A DNA stretch of 64,000 nucleotides from Ramazzottius varieornatus. Its lineage: Eukaryota; Animalia; Tardigrada. The position numbers were made by a program, and so were the translations under genes. The stretch's first letter is position 1, and every line of letters begins with the position of its first letter. Shown here piece after piece: positions 1 to 14,863 of the stretch. The notes beneath the pieces are model-generated. The model saw only the letters and a program-made list of their open reading frames with translations, was not told the DNA's origin and did no database searches. The stretch is taken from assembly GCA_001949185.1 (NCBI GenBank), contig BDGG01000007.1, positions 1 through 64,000 on the forward strand, written 5' to 3'.

Positions 1-1149
1 GGCACAGGTTACTTCTTTCGGCGAACTTGAGGTACTCTTCGTCTATCGTCGGTCTGTGGATGAACGATACTAACGATCGAACTTTGCCGACTATGTCCGC
101 CTTCTCTCCTGTAGCGACTCTCGCAACAGTTTGGACCAAGTGAGCAACACACCAAATCCGGAATGACGGCACTAAAAAGAAAAAGCAACTAAAACGTAAA
201 TACGTACTCTGCAAAAAATTCATCAGATCACTTCACACTATCAAGTGATGAATTTTACCATCAGCTGAGTTACTTCCGAAAAGTCGTCGATCTTTTTCCG
301 TGTCGAGTGACAGTACTCTAAACATAGCTTTCATGGCTGCAGCTCCGTCGGTAGTACAGCAAAGGATCCTGTGCTGTAAGCTGTGCTCTTTCAGCGTGTC
401 GAGAATGACCGCTTTCATATTGTCTGCCGTGTGGATAACTGGAAGGTAGCGGAAGTCGAGGACAATGTTCTTCAAAACCCATTCGTTGTTGATCCAGTGA
501 AGCGTGATCACCATGTACGGCTGTCTTTTCGATCTTGCCTTCCACATGTCACAAGTGATTGAAAATCTACTTGTAACGCTCTTGAGCTCCGCGGTGACAG
601 CTTTGCGACGCTCTGCATAGTCGTTCACGAGCAGCTTACGCAATGTCTGCCGACATGGTACCTGGGAAAGATTGACAAGGCATGGAAACATCTAGAATGA
701 ATCTGCAAGTGGTGGCAGGTAGAATAATTAATTACCTTGTAAGCCGGGTTCAGACTTTTGGAATAAGCAACGAAGTACGGATCTTCAACGGTACTGAAAG
801 GCTTAGCTGAGCACGCAATCCACTTCTTCAGCAGCCCCGTCGCCTCTGCTTGCTTCTGCGTCGATATCTTTGAGACCTCCGCACTCGTCTGCTGACACCA
901 TGCCGGAATGGGTGGCTTAGGTTTAGGCTTGAGCTGTAAGGGGTGCTTGGACATGTGTGCTGTGAGAGTAGATGTCCCAGACGGGTTTTTATACGTCACT
1001 TGGCAGCATTTGCATTTGACCATCTTTACTCCCTTTTCCCAGCTGACGATGTAGTGATCCCATACTGGCGAGGTGGTAGTTTTCGTTCTCTTCTTTGGCA
1101 GTTCAGCTGACGCAGCAGACGTCTCACTCTGAGGGGAGGGAGGCGGCAT
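1..1149 (-). CDS. hAT transposase with BED zinc finger (partial; exons 736-1149, 274-661, <1-171)
   Basis: BED finger SPVWDHY...CKCC...GTSTLTAHMSKH, catalytic Asp motifs SITCDMW and CTTDGAAAM, and CxxH motif (WCVAH). Two GT-AG introns join the exons in frame (AYK|VPCRQT; LFG-M|PSFRIWCVAH). Confidence 0.88.
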
Positions 1150-1426
1150 GTCACTCGAAGAGGCTTCGTCGGCTGGTAGCCCGTTATCGCTGCTCGTTCC
1201 CAGATCTTCAGTTTCATCGTCATCCCTGGCGTCGAATTCCCTGCGGTTCCGGTCATCTTCTTCTTCAGTGGCTTATGTGGTTTGGCGTAGAGCGCAAACC
1301 AGTCTGAGTGGTTTGGTCTGGAAAGCTATGTGGTTTCAGGTGGTCTGGTCTGTCGTCCAAACCACCAACCACTTAAACCGCTTAGACCATTTTGAAAATG
1401 GTCGGGTCTGGTTTTTAACAGCTCTA
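1..1426 (-). mobile_element. hAT DNA transposon (5' part; continues past the window start), inserted in an intron of the + strand gene
   Basis: Terminus TAGAGCTGTTAAAAACCAGACCCGACC on the - strand ending at 1426. Subterminal AACC/AGACC repeats at ~1295-1410. Contains the transposase ORF. Predicted 8-bp TSD is GTTGGCTT (1427-1434); the other end is outside the window. Confidence 0.85.
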
Positions 1427-1442
1427 GTTGGCTTGTTTTTAG

Positions 1443-4037
1443 GTACGTAGGCGCTGTGGTGGTCGAGACTGATTTATTTAAGGTGGACGTTAACCAATGT
1501 CCGGTTTCGTTGGGAAACTCAGCTCCGAACTGGCATGCTGGTACCGACCGTTGCCACAAGGAAACAACGGAGGTGAGGGTGTTCAATGGCAGCAAAAAAT
1601 CCTTGTACGAATTATCGTGCTTCAGTGAACTGAGCGAAAAGGTGTTCTGATATGCCAAGTCTGTTTTTCCAGTGCGAACCGCTGTTAGGCTATGGACTGA
1701 AACGTGGAGGATACCAGTGTCGTTGTCGACCAGGTTACAGACTACCGTTCTACCAGCCAGGACCGTTTCAAGGCGAGCTGATCGAACGAGCCACCGAAGC
1801 GGAATACTTGGCGAAGTTCCACTGCGAACCTATCGGCAGTAAGTATTGTTGCCTTTTGGTATGCAACTGAGTCAGCACACTTTCACAGGGACACCGATGA
1901 CCGAACACGGTCTTTCAAACGGGAAGAAAAAAAGGTTCAACTTCTGTAAACCGTTGTCAGTTTTACTTCACTAATACGATAAATGCTTGTTGGATGGAGG
2001 TAAACGCCCACTGTCATCTGTCTACTTTTTCTAGTAACTGTACATGCAGACGTCAGTTTTCCAACTGGCTCCTCTTTCGTTGGATGTAACCGAGTCTGGA
2101 TGTTTTAGATATCCGCGTGATTACCCATCACGCAGTCAGAGACGAACTCTTCTTGCACCGAAGCTACCTCGGTCCGCAAGGTGGTCAGCGGCCCTACTCG
2201 TACCTCTTCGGCACTGACATGTCCACTCCACCCGATGAGTACCGCTACCCATTTGACCCAGTCCAGTCCAACCGTTCCAGATTCTACAACTTTGAAGGTG
2301 TTCCGCTGGGTCCTGATGGTCGACCTATCGTTTACGATGAGAACGGCCAGCCAGTCGTTTCCGTCACTGCACAATCCTCACCTCCGTACGACATCCTTCC
2401 CACATGGCGAGCTTTCAATGGCAGGGTGTACCACGGACTCATCTCTGCCGAGACCGCTCAAAGGTCCAAGAATGTACAGCTAAAGTTGGACCATCCCAGC
2501 ACAATGCGGATGGAGCGTGCGATCGAACCTGGTCCTGTCGAAGAAACTTGTCCAAAAGGCGATTCTTGCCTGGGTGGGGATATCGACATCACCAAGCCGG
2601 GAAAATCGAGGACCAAGAGGGCCACGACGTTCACCAACAACGTCTTGCTCGGCACACTGCGTCAAATGCGCTTCATCAGACCAGACAACTGCCACCTTTT
2701 CCCCAACGGCTCGCTGCTTCTTCGCGGCGATGTGGCCTATGGCAAAGAAACAACGTTCCAGAATCAGGCCGAAACCGCTCTTCGGCTTGCCCATTTCATC
2801 AGCGCCTTCAACCAGCTTGTCGACCCGCGCGAAGTCTTCTTCGAACGACTCGCTGACCAACCTCTGGACGAAGCTCAGTTGCTGGCCGAAGTCCTGGCCA
2901 ATGTCATGGGCGATATGCGTATTCTGAACAGCGGGATATTTTATGAAACGAACAAGTTCCCCAACAGGACACACTTCGGTAATCCAGGCACAGTTCAGCA
3001 GAAATCAATTGGGAGGTCGGCAAATGATTCTACCCAGAACGTTATCCCAAGTAGCGCATGTCCTCACTGTTACTGGCCGAGAGCGTGCGTCACTTGCGAC
3101 AACAAACTGGCGAATTTATTGGCCGATTATCTCCTCATATTTTTCTGTATTCTTTCTCAGGGCCTTTCGCTCAACGGACAGCGCGATATGCCAAGGCTTA
3201 CTTTGCCGAAGACCGAGCTGGGCTCGTCAACGATCGCAACGCGTCGTATCTGAGACAGCCGTGGTATAGGATGGTGAAAGAGAGATGGTCCGCGAGCCCG
3301 GCTTCCAGACTGACAAAGTTCGCGACGAGGATGCGGGTACGCGGTGACAAGATGGGAACGTACTCGATGAAGTATGATCACTTCCCGATGCAGTACCATG
3401 CGCCCGTGTTGACCGATGGCTACTGGACCGCGCCCTACTACAATTGTGATGGACACATCAGAGAATGGGTTTTGACTTACGCTGTACCATTCTTCGGGCT
3501 GGACAGCCTTCGAGAAGAACTTGAATTCCAGTGAGTTCGGTAAATCTTCCCATTCAGGTTTTCCTCCAGTGAAGTTTGGTATTTTTCAGAGGGGTTGTGA
3601 CTGTGACCGTTCCTCTTCCGGAACTGGACCTGAATCAGTGTCCGGCTGACATCTCCGTGGCCAACGCCTTTAAGAACTCGGATCGATGTGACACGCGAAG
3701 TTCATACGTAAGTACGGTTTCTCGTTTTTCTCATTTCTGAATGTGCGTCACGTTGATAGGCTTTGTCTGGCTACAGTGTGTGCCGATTCTGGGAAGGCGG
3801 TTCGAGATTGGCGGGTACAAATGCGAATGCAAGCCCGGCTATGAATATCCTTACAACGATCCGGTCAATTACTTCGACGGGCAAATCCTGGAGTCGGAAT
3901 GGGAGAAGATGGTGTTGGGGAGACCCAGTAAGTTCTCTGCGCTCAAATGTCGTCTGGTCGGCGCCGCACTACGAATTTATTTGGGCTTCTTTATGCGGCT
4001 GTTTCTGGTCTTATCGATAGCTAGTATATTTATGTAA
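1443..4037 (+). CDS. GPR158/GPR179-ectodomain-like protein (tandem Cache-like + EGF-like modules, C-terminal hydrophobic tail); 3' exons 1443-1572, 1673-1838, 2109-2978, 3161-3530, 3590-3707, 3777-4037
   Basis: Two copies of the DxNQC...C...CxP..G.....GGYxCxCxPGY module, plus GYWTAPYYNC...WVLTYAVPFFG. All exons join in frame at GT-AG sites. RTKR is a furin-like site. 5' exons lie outside the window. Confidence 0.75.
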
Positions 4038-4324
4038 ATACACTGATATATTTGGAATAGTACAACGCCGCCTATTCATAATGGGGAACAGGCAATAAAA
4101 CGAAGAGCTAACGAAAGACTTTGGCGCTAGGAATTTTTGGTGAGAGAAACGGTCGAGGATCGAACAAACTGACGATAAGAGGCCGACAGAAACGTTCCCC
4201 GTGTATATCAGAATTCTGTCACAAGTCGTAGCTGTGTCAGTTATCTAGACCAGAGCCATGGCTTCCAACAGTTCAGTGTAGACAGGAGATTTTTGATCTT
4301 TCAATTCTAACCAGGCCTCGCTTT

Positions 4325-5148
4325 TCATGCATCCTGGCGTCGGCTGACTATGTATCTTTCTGCGTCCGAACGAAGCGTTTCGTCCTTCACCTCCACAGCC
4401 AACAGGTAAATCTCCACCGCATTACTTGGAAGTTTTCGGTTTTTCATCAGGAAGTATGACATATCCATTATATCCTGGACCTGCAAAACAAAAGCAGTTG
4501 AGGAAAAATGCAATCAAAGCTCTACGTGACAAAAAGCTAAGCTGATCTAGATTCAAAGTGTGGGTCTTTAGACCGGAACTCTGGCCAGCGTGACATTACG
4601 CTCGGTTAATTGCCATGATACAGCAGTCTTTTCCCATATTTTCGTTTGGTACGGGGTTGGGTGCAAACAGCACGCCCTGATTGACCTGGACGATCAAATC
4701 GAAACTTCCCTTAAGAGTTCGTACGTACCTGGAAATGATGGGCAAGACTGTAGATATCCGTGCAAAAATGGTGGAACGCGGTGCGACGGTCCTTGATGAT
4801 GTCACACGACCCAGTGTAAAGTGCGTAGAAGAAGTTCTTCAGAGCGACGAATGGGAATTGTCGCACGAACTGCGCCACTTCCAAAGGAGCGCCATCGACC
4901 AACTCGACTTCCGGTGTCTTCCAGGCTTCCGACATTACGGGACTGCGTGCAACCAGAGGTAACTTGTGGAGCTTGAAAGCAACACCATCAGAGGAGTGAA
5001 GTGTAACGTCAGAAAAGTCCTTCGAACACCACAAGCTGTTCCACATCAGTCCGGCGTTCTTTTGGCATCGCTGACGCCCGCGCTCCACGTCCGAATCTCC
5101 TCCGTCGCACATCTTGCTCGTTCCCGGTGATATGGATCCTCTTGGCAT
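4325..5148 (-). CDS. BTB/POZ domain protein (exons ~4729-5148, 4325-4480)
   Basis: FSDVTLHSSDGVAFKLHKLPLVARSPVM...ALKNFFYALYTG is a BTB signature. A phase-0 intron (4481-4728) joins the second exon. Start codon uncertain. Confidence 0.75.
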
Positions 5149-6022
5149 GCTGCCTTTCTTTACACTGCAATATACTAACATCACAATCGCCACTAAATAG
5201 TACGCCACACACGAGGGAATCCCAAGCCATCCACTCCAAGGAGAAAAGAAAAAAATCTGCGGAAAAGATGATGACTTCCGGTGCGTAATTATCAGATCAA
5301 CTAGCGCGTAGTGTCATTGCTGTGCATGGACTGTGGCCAATCAGAGCAAACCGCCAAGATCGCTAGCTGACGAAAACACAGAAAGCATCGAAGAGTTGAG
5401 TTAGCACCCAAAGACAAAGTTCATTTATTATTGCTTGCAAGTAAAAGACCGGAATGTCAGAGAAAAGTACAAGATAGAGACTGTGCTAAGTTTGTAAAAG
5501 CGAAATGCGACACGGTAGAGTGACACTTATACGTAGCCGGAAAGAAACGAGGGACCGACTTTGAATTCGGTCTATCAAATATGTCTACGTGGTCGCAGCA
5601 TTGCTGGCATAGCTACGACTACCAGCCATCCCCTGTAAAACATGTAAAAAATAGAACCAAAGAAAAAAGTATACCGCGAAAGTGAATTACGATACATCCT
5701 TGGGTTAAACACACACCAAAGAACGCTGACGGACCTTCAGAACTGAAATGTGCAGAGAAACGAAACCGGTTTGAATCTAAAGCCTATGTATCACCGAACG
5801 ACCCACAGGTTATAGATTATGATCAAAATATCTTTCGATCATGCAGAGCTCCATAGGTTATTCCACCACTTATTCAGAGTCGGGATTGAGGAAGCCATGG
5901 AACAAAGTTAGGCGGCGGGGCAGCCATGTTGAGGGACCATCACGGTACAAGGATAGCTTTGGTCGGTGAGTAAAAGCATCTTCGCTTCGATAAACTTCGC
6001 TTCGTTTGCGCCGACTATCTTG

Positions 6023-9000
6023 TCAACCTACCCCAAAGACTCCACCCAACACCGATACCAGGATAACTATTAATATGGCAACACAGATCAAGATCATGAT
6101 CTTCTTCTGCAAAAACAGGAAGAACGACATTGTTAGAACTATGATTAGCGCCATCCGCTTCCTCTGCTGTCCCAAATGAGCGAGGATATCTCCTCAAGAA
6201 CCAACCAAAGGAAGCCGAAACAAGCAAGGTGCAAGTGCAGTTGACAGTACGAGCAAATCAAAGCAACATATTCGAGCAAAGTCGTGGCCAGTGGACTATG
6301 AATTTCAGTCTTCGCAGTGACGCCATCGCGGAACTATCGAATCACTGTTTGATACATAAGATTTTCCTCTGTGTCTCTGCGAAGTCGTTGCTGGGTAGAT
6401 AAAAAATGTGATGAAGTAACCTCAACACAGAAGCGAGAATGGAGCCTGACAGAGAATGCGGAGTCGTACGAACTACGACGGAGGGAAGAGGCAAGACCTG
6501 GACAAGACTGGTCAATGAACGCGAGTATTCGCATCTAAATTATTCCGACGGATCCAAAACTGCCCAACATGGCAGCGAGGACAACGACGACCAGTATGAC
6601 GGAGCAACAACTGACCCCGATCATCTTCTGCAAGGAAAGTTAAGACTACAGTGCCAACATCGACTTCCCCGACGGAGTTGCGCAAGGTCTTGGTACCTTA
6701 GGCTTGCAACTCAATGCTTAAAATAAGGCAACGCAATCTGTGAGAGAAGATACGCCTCAGCTACAACTCCTGATCTCGCTACTATCACGGGAGGCAACCC
6801 AAATGTCTATGGTCGAACTTCCTTGAGCAATTTGTCCGTTTATAGCTATGCGGAGTAAAATGGGGCAAACAAGAGGGAGCTGCGCAGTCAATGACAGAGA
6901 TCAAAGTCAGATGGAAAGAAAATAAAATAGGCAATAAACAAAAAACAAATTATCTTGATAGAAGCAATTGAACAGAAGAAAGCAGGAACTGAAGACAAGT
7001 ATACTTTATCACTAAGACTTTAGTAAGCCAGATACCGTACAGATTTAAAATCACTTTTTATACACTACGGTCAGCGCGACGATGATACTGACCACCACAA
7101 GTATCACAATCAGCAGGATAATCAGAAAAAGTTTTTTCTGCAAATATGTCAAAGCCCAACTTAAAAATAACCAAAGACGACAGAAGCTGATGTGCGATAA
7201 TCGGGAGACCGGCAAAATGAAATGTACGAAATCGTTGCCTCGAGTGGCGCACGTTCCCGGCCAGTTACAATCGAAACGTGCGCCATTTGAAACAATTATC
7301 TTTGGCGGCGCACGCTTTTGGCCATCAACAGTGAAAACGTGCGCCATTGCAAAGAGAGTTTCTGTTCGGCTCGTTTTGACGGTCTCCTAGTCTACTTCAA
7401 AACAGTAGCTCAGAGAATCCTGAGCAATAAAAAGGAAAAAGAAAGTGACACTTACTCGTCGAGCTTGGCTCTGGTATTTGACGGCCTTCTTCGTATCCTG
7501 TTTGGCGGTTTCGATGTAGTCCACGGACTGCTGCACGTTGTATTCCACCCGGTCAATCAGTTCACCCTGTCAAGGCGAAACAATCATGTTGGCCCTACCG
7601 TGAGCTCTGCAGTGAACCCGGCTTACCTGGCTTTCCACCAACATGGCCATATCGCAGAACATTTCCTTCAGTTCCTTTATGCTACTCTCCAGTTTGATGA
7701 TGTCTTCGTGCCGTGCCTCGATATCCGCCAAGGTCTGCTTAGCTTGCTGTGAGTCCGTTATAATCTGAAAGCGAATTCCACTTCCGGTTAACAAAACTAA
7801 CGCCACACCTCTCAGCACAAGACTTTAAACAGAAGGTAATATTCAACAGATTTGATCAGATCACGGTCTCGAAAAAAGACAAGACTTACGCCTTGAGTAA
7901 AAATCTGTGGGTTATTGGTTTCGAGCATTTCTTCCAGCTTTTCATTGGTCGTCGCTCTCCCAGCTGCAAAAGAAAACCTCATTCATATCTCTGGAAAATC
8001 TCGAGAAAAACACGAGGGTGGGGAAGCCCGAAACTTACTAATTTCGAGCTGTCGCTTGATCCGTCCTTTACACCGCTCGCGGTAATCGGTTTGGGTTCTG
8101 TTGTATTCTGTCATCACCTCCACAAACTTCCTTGATAAAGTCGCGTGCTACAAGAAAATCACAATGAGTCTTTCGTTGGACAACCGTTAATACGGAAGTT
8201 CGGCAGAAAAGCAGGGAATTGATTACTTGGGTCTTCCGTATGCGGAGATCGGCCGAAGCCTTGTTGGCCTGCTCCTCTGCCTCAATTTGCTGTTCGATAG
8301 CTGCGATATCAAACAAAATGAACTACAAAAGCCCGTCCACAAAGCAAAAGATCCCAGATTACAATGTGGGAAAAGAGAAATCGAAAAGAAATTTTCCGCG
8401 ATACTTTTGAGTTTCCCGCGCGCCGTATTGGCCGTCTTCTTGATGTTGGCCATGAGCTGCTCCAGCTCTTCCTTATCACCTATCGAGCAGATATATTTAC
8501 TACGTGACGGAGCTGCTTCACGGAATGATGGGAGCATCCTTACGGTCATCGGTGGTGGGAGCGGACAAGATAATGCTGTGTTTCTGCTTGACCGACTCGA
8601 CGTCTGCTTCGACCTTCTCGATAGCCGTCCTTATGTCTTCCACCTATCGAGAAGAGCATAATTATGTCATACTTCAGTAGATCCCTCTTTATCGTTAGTA
8701 ATTATAAGCATCTGAAGCCGATGAAAAAAATCAGGCAGAATCTCAATTTTACACGGTGGTTGGACAAAGTGCCGGAAGTGCGCTGATCATCAGATCGTTG
8801 TGGCCAGACGGACGCGTGACGTCAGCAAACTCACTATTGCGTGCGACTTTCACACGTAACATGCTGCAGACCCATGACGTAAGACGCCAGTATACTTGTG
8901 TCGTTTGGTGGTTTTCTTTTGTTTGCTTGTCTTGTCGACTTTGATTAAGAGTTCTGGGTGGCTAGCTGGAGGTTGCAGAAACAAAGGACGGGAGACCAGA

Positions 9001-12000
9001 TAAAGAGCAGGGATCGAGTCTTTTCATTTCATTTGTCAACAACATTGTCAAGCTCGGTGGAGCCGGATCGAAGAGCTTGGCGCTGTAGCGCATCCCGACA
9101 AGCGACCGAGCGTTCATCATGTATCCCCGAGCAAATCCAGCCTGATTATTGACACTTTGCCAAGTTAAATAAAGCACACCAGTCTCCAGACAAACGCAGC
9201 TTTTCTTTGCATCCGCTGTTAGCTCTTTGATGAGGTATCTGGCCTACAAGCATCAAAGATTGCGGCGAGGACGAATAATGCTTGGTGTCAATCAACCATG
9301 AGTCCACCTAGTGCACGCAACGACGTCACAACGGGCAGTTTTGCTGTGCAGTGTGTACTGTTAGGCCTTGATTAGAAGGAACTTGATTGATTTGAACGTT
9401 AACGAGCTGTTGTAACTTGAAGACAAGAAAACCTCGTTTGGGAGATCCTACGACGGTTTCTCACTCAGTGCGGATCACCATGAGTGCCTGAGACTTGATG
9501 AATCGAGAGGAAGACAAGGAGGCGTAAGGATGGCGGCGATTAAAGGATGAATGTCGCCGTTCGCGCAATTTGAACTACTTGCCAGCTTCATCCAGCTCCA
9601 GCTAATCACCTCTTCCTTCTTGAATCTCCTCAAACATTCCACTGGCCTATCCAATCTTTCCCCACTTTACCATCTGCTTTCTTCTTTCTATTCTCCGGTC
9701 ATTTGTAGAGCACCAAAGTTTAAAACAACCTAAGAAACAACAAGAAGGAGTGTCTGGCCCACACGGAAGGAAAAACTCAAGCTCGAAGCGAACTGTCGTC
9801 ATCAGACAATTACAATAAAGATACATTATCGATTGATGCCTCCTTTTTAGCCTGCTGCGAGGAGGGAGGGAAAAAACATGATGCTCTGGTCTGGGATATG
9901 TTTCCGTTGTTTTGTAACGTTTGTGGCTGGCAAGTGGTAACTGCCGAAGGATGATTTTATTGAGGCTGGCTATAGCTGGTGATCGTGTTGATCGATTATT
10001 CCCTTCGTTTGTACGCATTACTTATCCCTTGCTGGCCTCTCGTTCCCTCACATCTGCCAGCAAGCGTCCTCCTTGGCTTCCTGCGGCACACACTAGCCAC
10101 GCGTCAGTCAACGATACGGAGTAAGGAACCTGCATAAAAATTCCAAAGAGCGCATGCAGTCAGTCAAATCGCTATTCACTTTGCAAGAGCTCAAGACATT
10201 TCCTTCGTCCCTCTTCCTCCTCCTTTCTTCACTGCCTTTTGCTTTCTCCTGTTGTTCTTCCCTTTCAGGAAAGCGATGGAAATCCTCTTCCAAAGCAAGA
10301 TACACTTTGCCTGCCACTTGCCTGGTTTGCATCACATCAAACACTTCAACACATTGCATAACTTCTTGGCTTTCCAGTCCGCTGTTCTTTCAGCGGCCTC
10401 ACGCACATGCATACCCTCCGTACTGTTCACTTTCGCTGCGCGCACAGCGGTGAACAAGTGCACACAATCTGGCCCTGCACCTACATACACCGGCATCTTC
10501 CGGTTTGACCACTGGCCGCTGTCCCAGCTTTGTTTCAAGGAGTCTCCGTAAACAGGCCCAGTTTCCTCTACTCAAATTTTTCCAGCAACTTTTTGAAAGC
10601 CATGAACTGTCTAGCGAAGTTCTTTCCATGGTGTGCTAAATTTATCGTACGAGTACTCAGGCTATCGGGAGGCAGTAATAACCAGATGGTGTTCTCCACT
10701 TAAATCCCTCTCTTCACGGCGTACTACCTTCCTCACACAATGAGGCATAGATAATTCAATAAATGGCCCCCCACTCAGTAACGTTCTTACGAAGCAGCCA
10801 AACGTGACGAGTTTTTTCCAGCTTTCACGCTCTGCTTTCTTCCCACCTTCCGAAGCGAACAGAGTACTGGAAACCTCCATCACGTAAAGTGGGAGAAGAA
10901 TGCCAAGGCAGTTTATTCCATTAACGTTCACGCTGGGCCTTCATGAAAAAGCGGCTCCAAAGCCCATCCGAGCAAGCTTCGTAACTCATTAGCCAGTGAT
11001 GATTGTGGTGGTGAAAGCGAACTTCCAATCATCCACATGAATTACAAGACAAGAGTGGCCGACTGCCACGTGGGAATATCCTGCATATTGATAAGTAGCA
11101 GACGCAAACATACCTGCTTGAAAAACTCATCCATGTATCCTCCTTGATTTTCCATTTCGATGTGTACATCATCCACGCCGAGGCCGTCATCCTCGTCGCT
11201 TTGAGCCTGAAACACACACAAATAATGTACTCAGTAAACAATCAACCATGGTGTACCAACAGGGAAACTGGGTTCTTCGGTATCGCTACGATTAGTTCGT
11301 TCATTCTACCCATCCCTGCCTTTTTTCGTCGAGTGGTTACATTGTCCTGATCCCTAGGAGAGGCTAAGTGACATTGAAATTGATGTGCAATAAATATTAA
11401 TCACATTTGGAGGAGCTTGATTTGGGGAGTCTACGTTGACACGCAATGTAAGCGAACGTCAATGTTACGTCATGGGGCAAATTGCCTGTGGCGGAGCATT
11501 GAACTGGTGGTACCGTGCGCCATAAAGCGATGAGCTGCGGTGCAACCAGCCTGGCTCGTCCACTGGTCAGAGACGAATGGCACGCAGTTCGGCGAGCTTA
11601 CAAATTGGGCATCGTCAAGTTATGCATCAAGACGGCCAACAAGGAAACTGCAATGACGAAGGTCGAGGTTGACATTTTCCCGAGCTTCGTCGAGCAATCT
11701 AGGGTCTAGACTGCAGCCATTTATCGAATTGTAGGAATGGACTTTGGCTTCAATGGCTTGTGAACTGTAATATTCTCAAATATCGCAACCAAGCGAAAAT
11801 TGTATGCGCAAGATGCGATGTATGAACAAGAAGCCTTATTGTCCATCCACCAGCACCTTTTCTAATCAGTTGGCGATTTCCCAGCTCTCTTTGAGAAGCT
11901 TTTCAGCTAGTCTGCCGTGAGGAGCTTTCTGACGTTAGCTTTTTGATCACCGGAAGAGCTTTCGTGGACGATGCGCAACCGAACGGAAAGAACGAAAAAT

Positions 12001-12084
12001 AAAAAGAATATACACAAAATAATTCAAGGATAGAAAGGAAAGCACGCTTACGGATTTGAGAGCGGATAACCGATCCCTCGTCAT
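6023..12084 (-). CDS. Syx1A: Syntaxin-1 (t-SNARE); common exons 12052-12084, 11114-11206, ~8544-8643, ~8405-8479, ~8227-8300, ~8039-8147, ~7890-7963, ~7628-7764, ~7456-7566, then alternative TM exons 7051-7137, 6535-6627 or 6023-6106
   Basis: N-peptide [11 protein letters not shown]. Habc segments include [22 protein letters not shown] and [21 protein letters not shown] motif [30 protein letters not shown]...[12 protein letters not shown], ending KYQSQARR before the TM exon. Confidence 0.95.
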
Positions 12085-13278
12085 TGTGAAAACGGGTAGG
12101 GTAGAAGAGAGGAAGAGCAGAAGAGGGTTTATCCAGAGTATTCCGAGCTTGATGAAGCGGGAGGAAGATGCAAAGGCAGTCCAGCAGGCCGAAGACGAGC
12201 ATCCGAACTCAGCTGACGAGGGTTTGCTTCCTCTCGGTCGCTACTCATTCCATGGTATTCTTTCCGGATATCTATAAATAAGCCAGGTAGGATATGAATA
12301 AAGTTCACATAAATAACAGAAGGGATGTAAATCAAGTGTAAAAGTTCGCAGAGGCAACGGCAAATCGGAGTAAGATACAGCTGACATAACTCTGGGGTAC
12401 AAAAAGGGGCGCAGACCTTTCGTTGCACTATAGCTTCGTTGTGGACTCCCGGTTGCCTCGTCCTTCTTCCCGTTGAGGCCTAGACGACAAGGATGGTTTC
12501 CAGCGCGTACGTTAGGCTTGTACAGTCACGATAATGGATCCATTCTGACGCGTGATCCGGATTCCAGCCCGTTACTCCCCGTGCTTCTCTCACTCCCTCC
12601 TCACACGCTGGCGCTGCTCCTCCCTTCCCTGGCTTCGATCCTCCACAAACTCTACGAATCGATTGATCGACAGGACTCGTCCCAACACTACAGTGAGATA
12701 CAAATGATGAAACACACGGGTCTGCTGCGAGGAGCTGCCAGACGAGGGAATTAAAACTGATCAGTGATCACTATGCCACTTTGAAAGGCAACTTTCCTGC
12801 CACGGAATTCGACATCTCGAGGCACGTGAGCACCGCATACGGAACAGACCGTCGGCGACACGTGACAAACCAGACTTCCGCTCAACATCTAGCCCAGGTG
12901 GAACATTCCGATGCAGACTGTAAAACCACAAGCGATGCGTAAAGTTTCCCACTCATGTACAAATTCAGCCCACCTGTCATATGAGTCATGGCGGTTCGTG
13001 TGCTTCGCTTGATTGCCTGCTCCCTGTTGTTTAAACCAGTCAAACAGTTGGGTTCCGCCTCCTGGCGATCCTCTATTGCGACGAGTCAACGCCTCGGTTG
13101 ATTCATCCCGGGCAAGTATCAAGAGTTCTACGAGATTTTCTTCCAGGATCAAAGTTTCTTTCGGCACAGCTGACAGCGGTTGTTCTGGATACTGGAGAGA
13201 TTACACATCAGTTTTACTCGACGAAGCTTTTCTGGGTTTACACGGGAAGCAGACGTTACAGGAATCTTGGACGGAAAG

Positions 13279-14496
<1,218 letters not shown>

Positions 14497-14863
14497 GCAC
14501 GCTACGAACTTCTCCCTTCCGACGTTGGAAAGACAACCGTCGTACTTCAGAGCAGTTTTGCAGCGCTGAGTTTTCTTTTTGTAGTCGCTCTCCTTCTTTC
14601 GACAGAACCCAACATATCTCTCTCTCTCTTTGGTTTTTCTTGTGACAACAGACTGGAAGATTCTGATCCAGACTTCGTCTAAGTTATGAATTTTGAAGCT
14701 TACTATTCATTTTTACGCTATCGAGTATATCGACCATCGTTTTAGATAGAGAAAAATTTGAACCACGAAGTTTATTGTAATAAAAGTTTGCTGGTTTCTT
14801 CCGCTACCCACCAAGGATAACTACAGTACGGTATAAAGTAGGTTCATGAACACATCAGAGAAA

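Noticed and set aside
9590-9650. Possible short poison exon in syntaxin intron 2 ([14 protein letters not shown])
   Set aside because: Weak acceptor and no homology; expected by chance.
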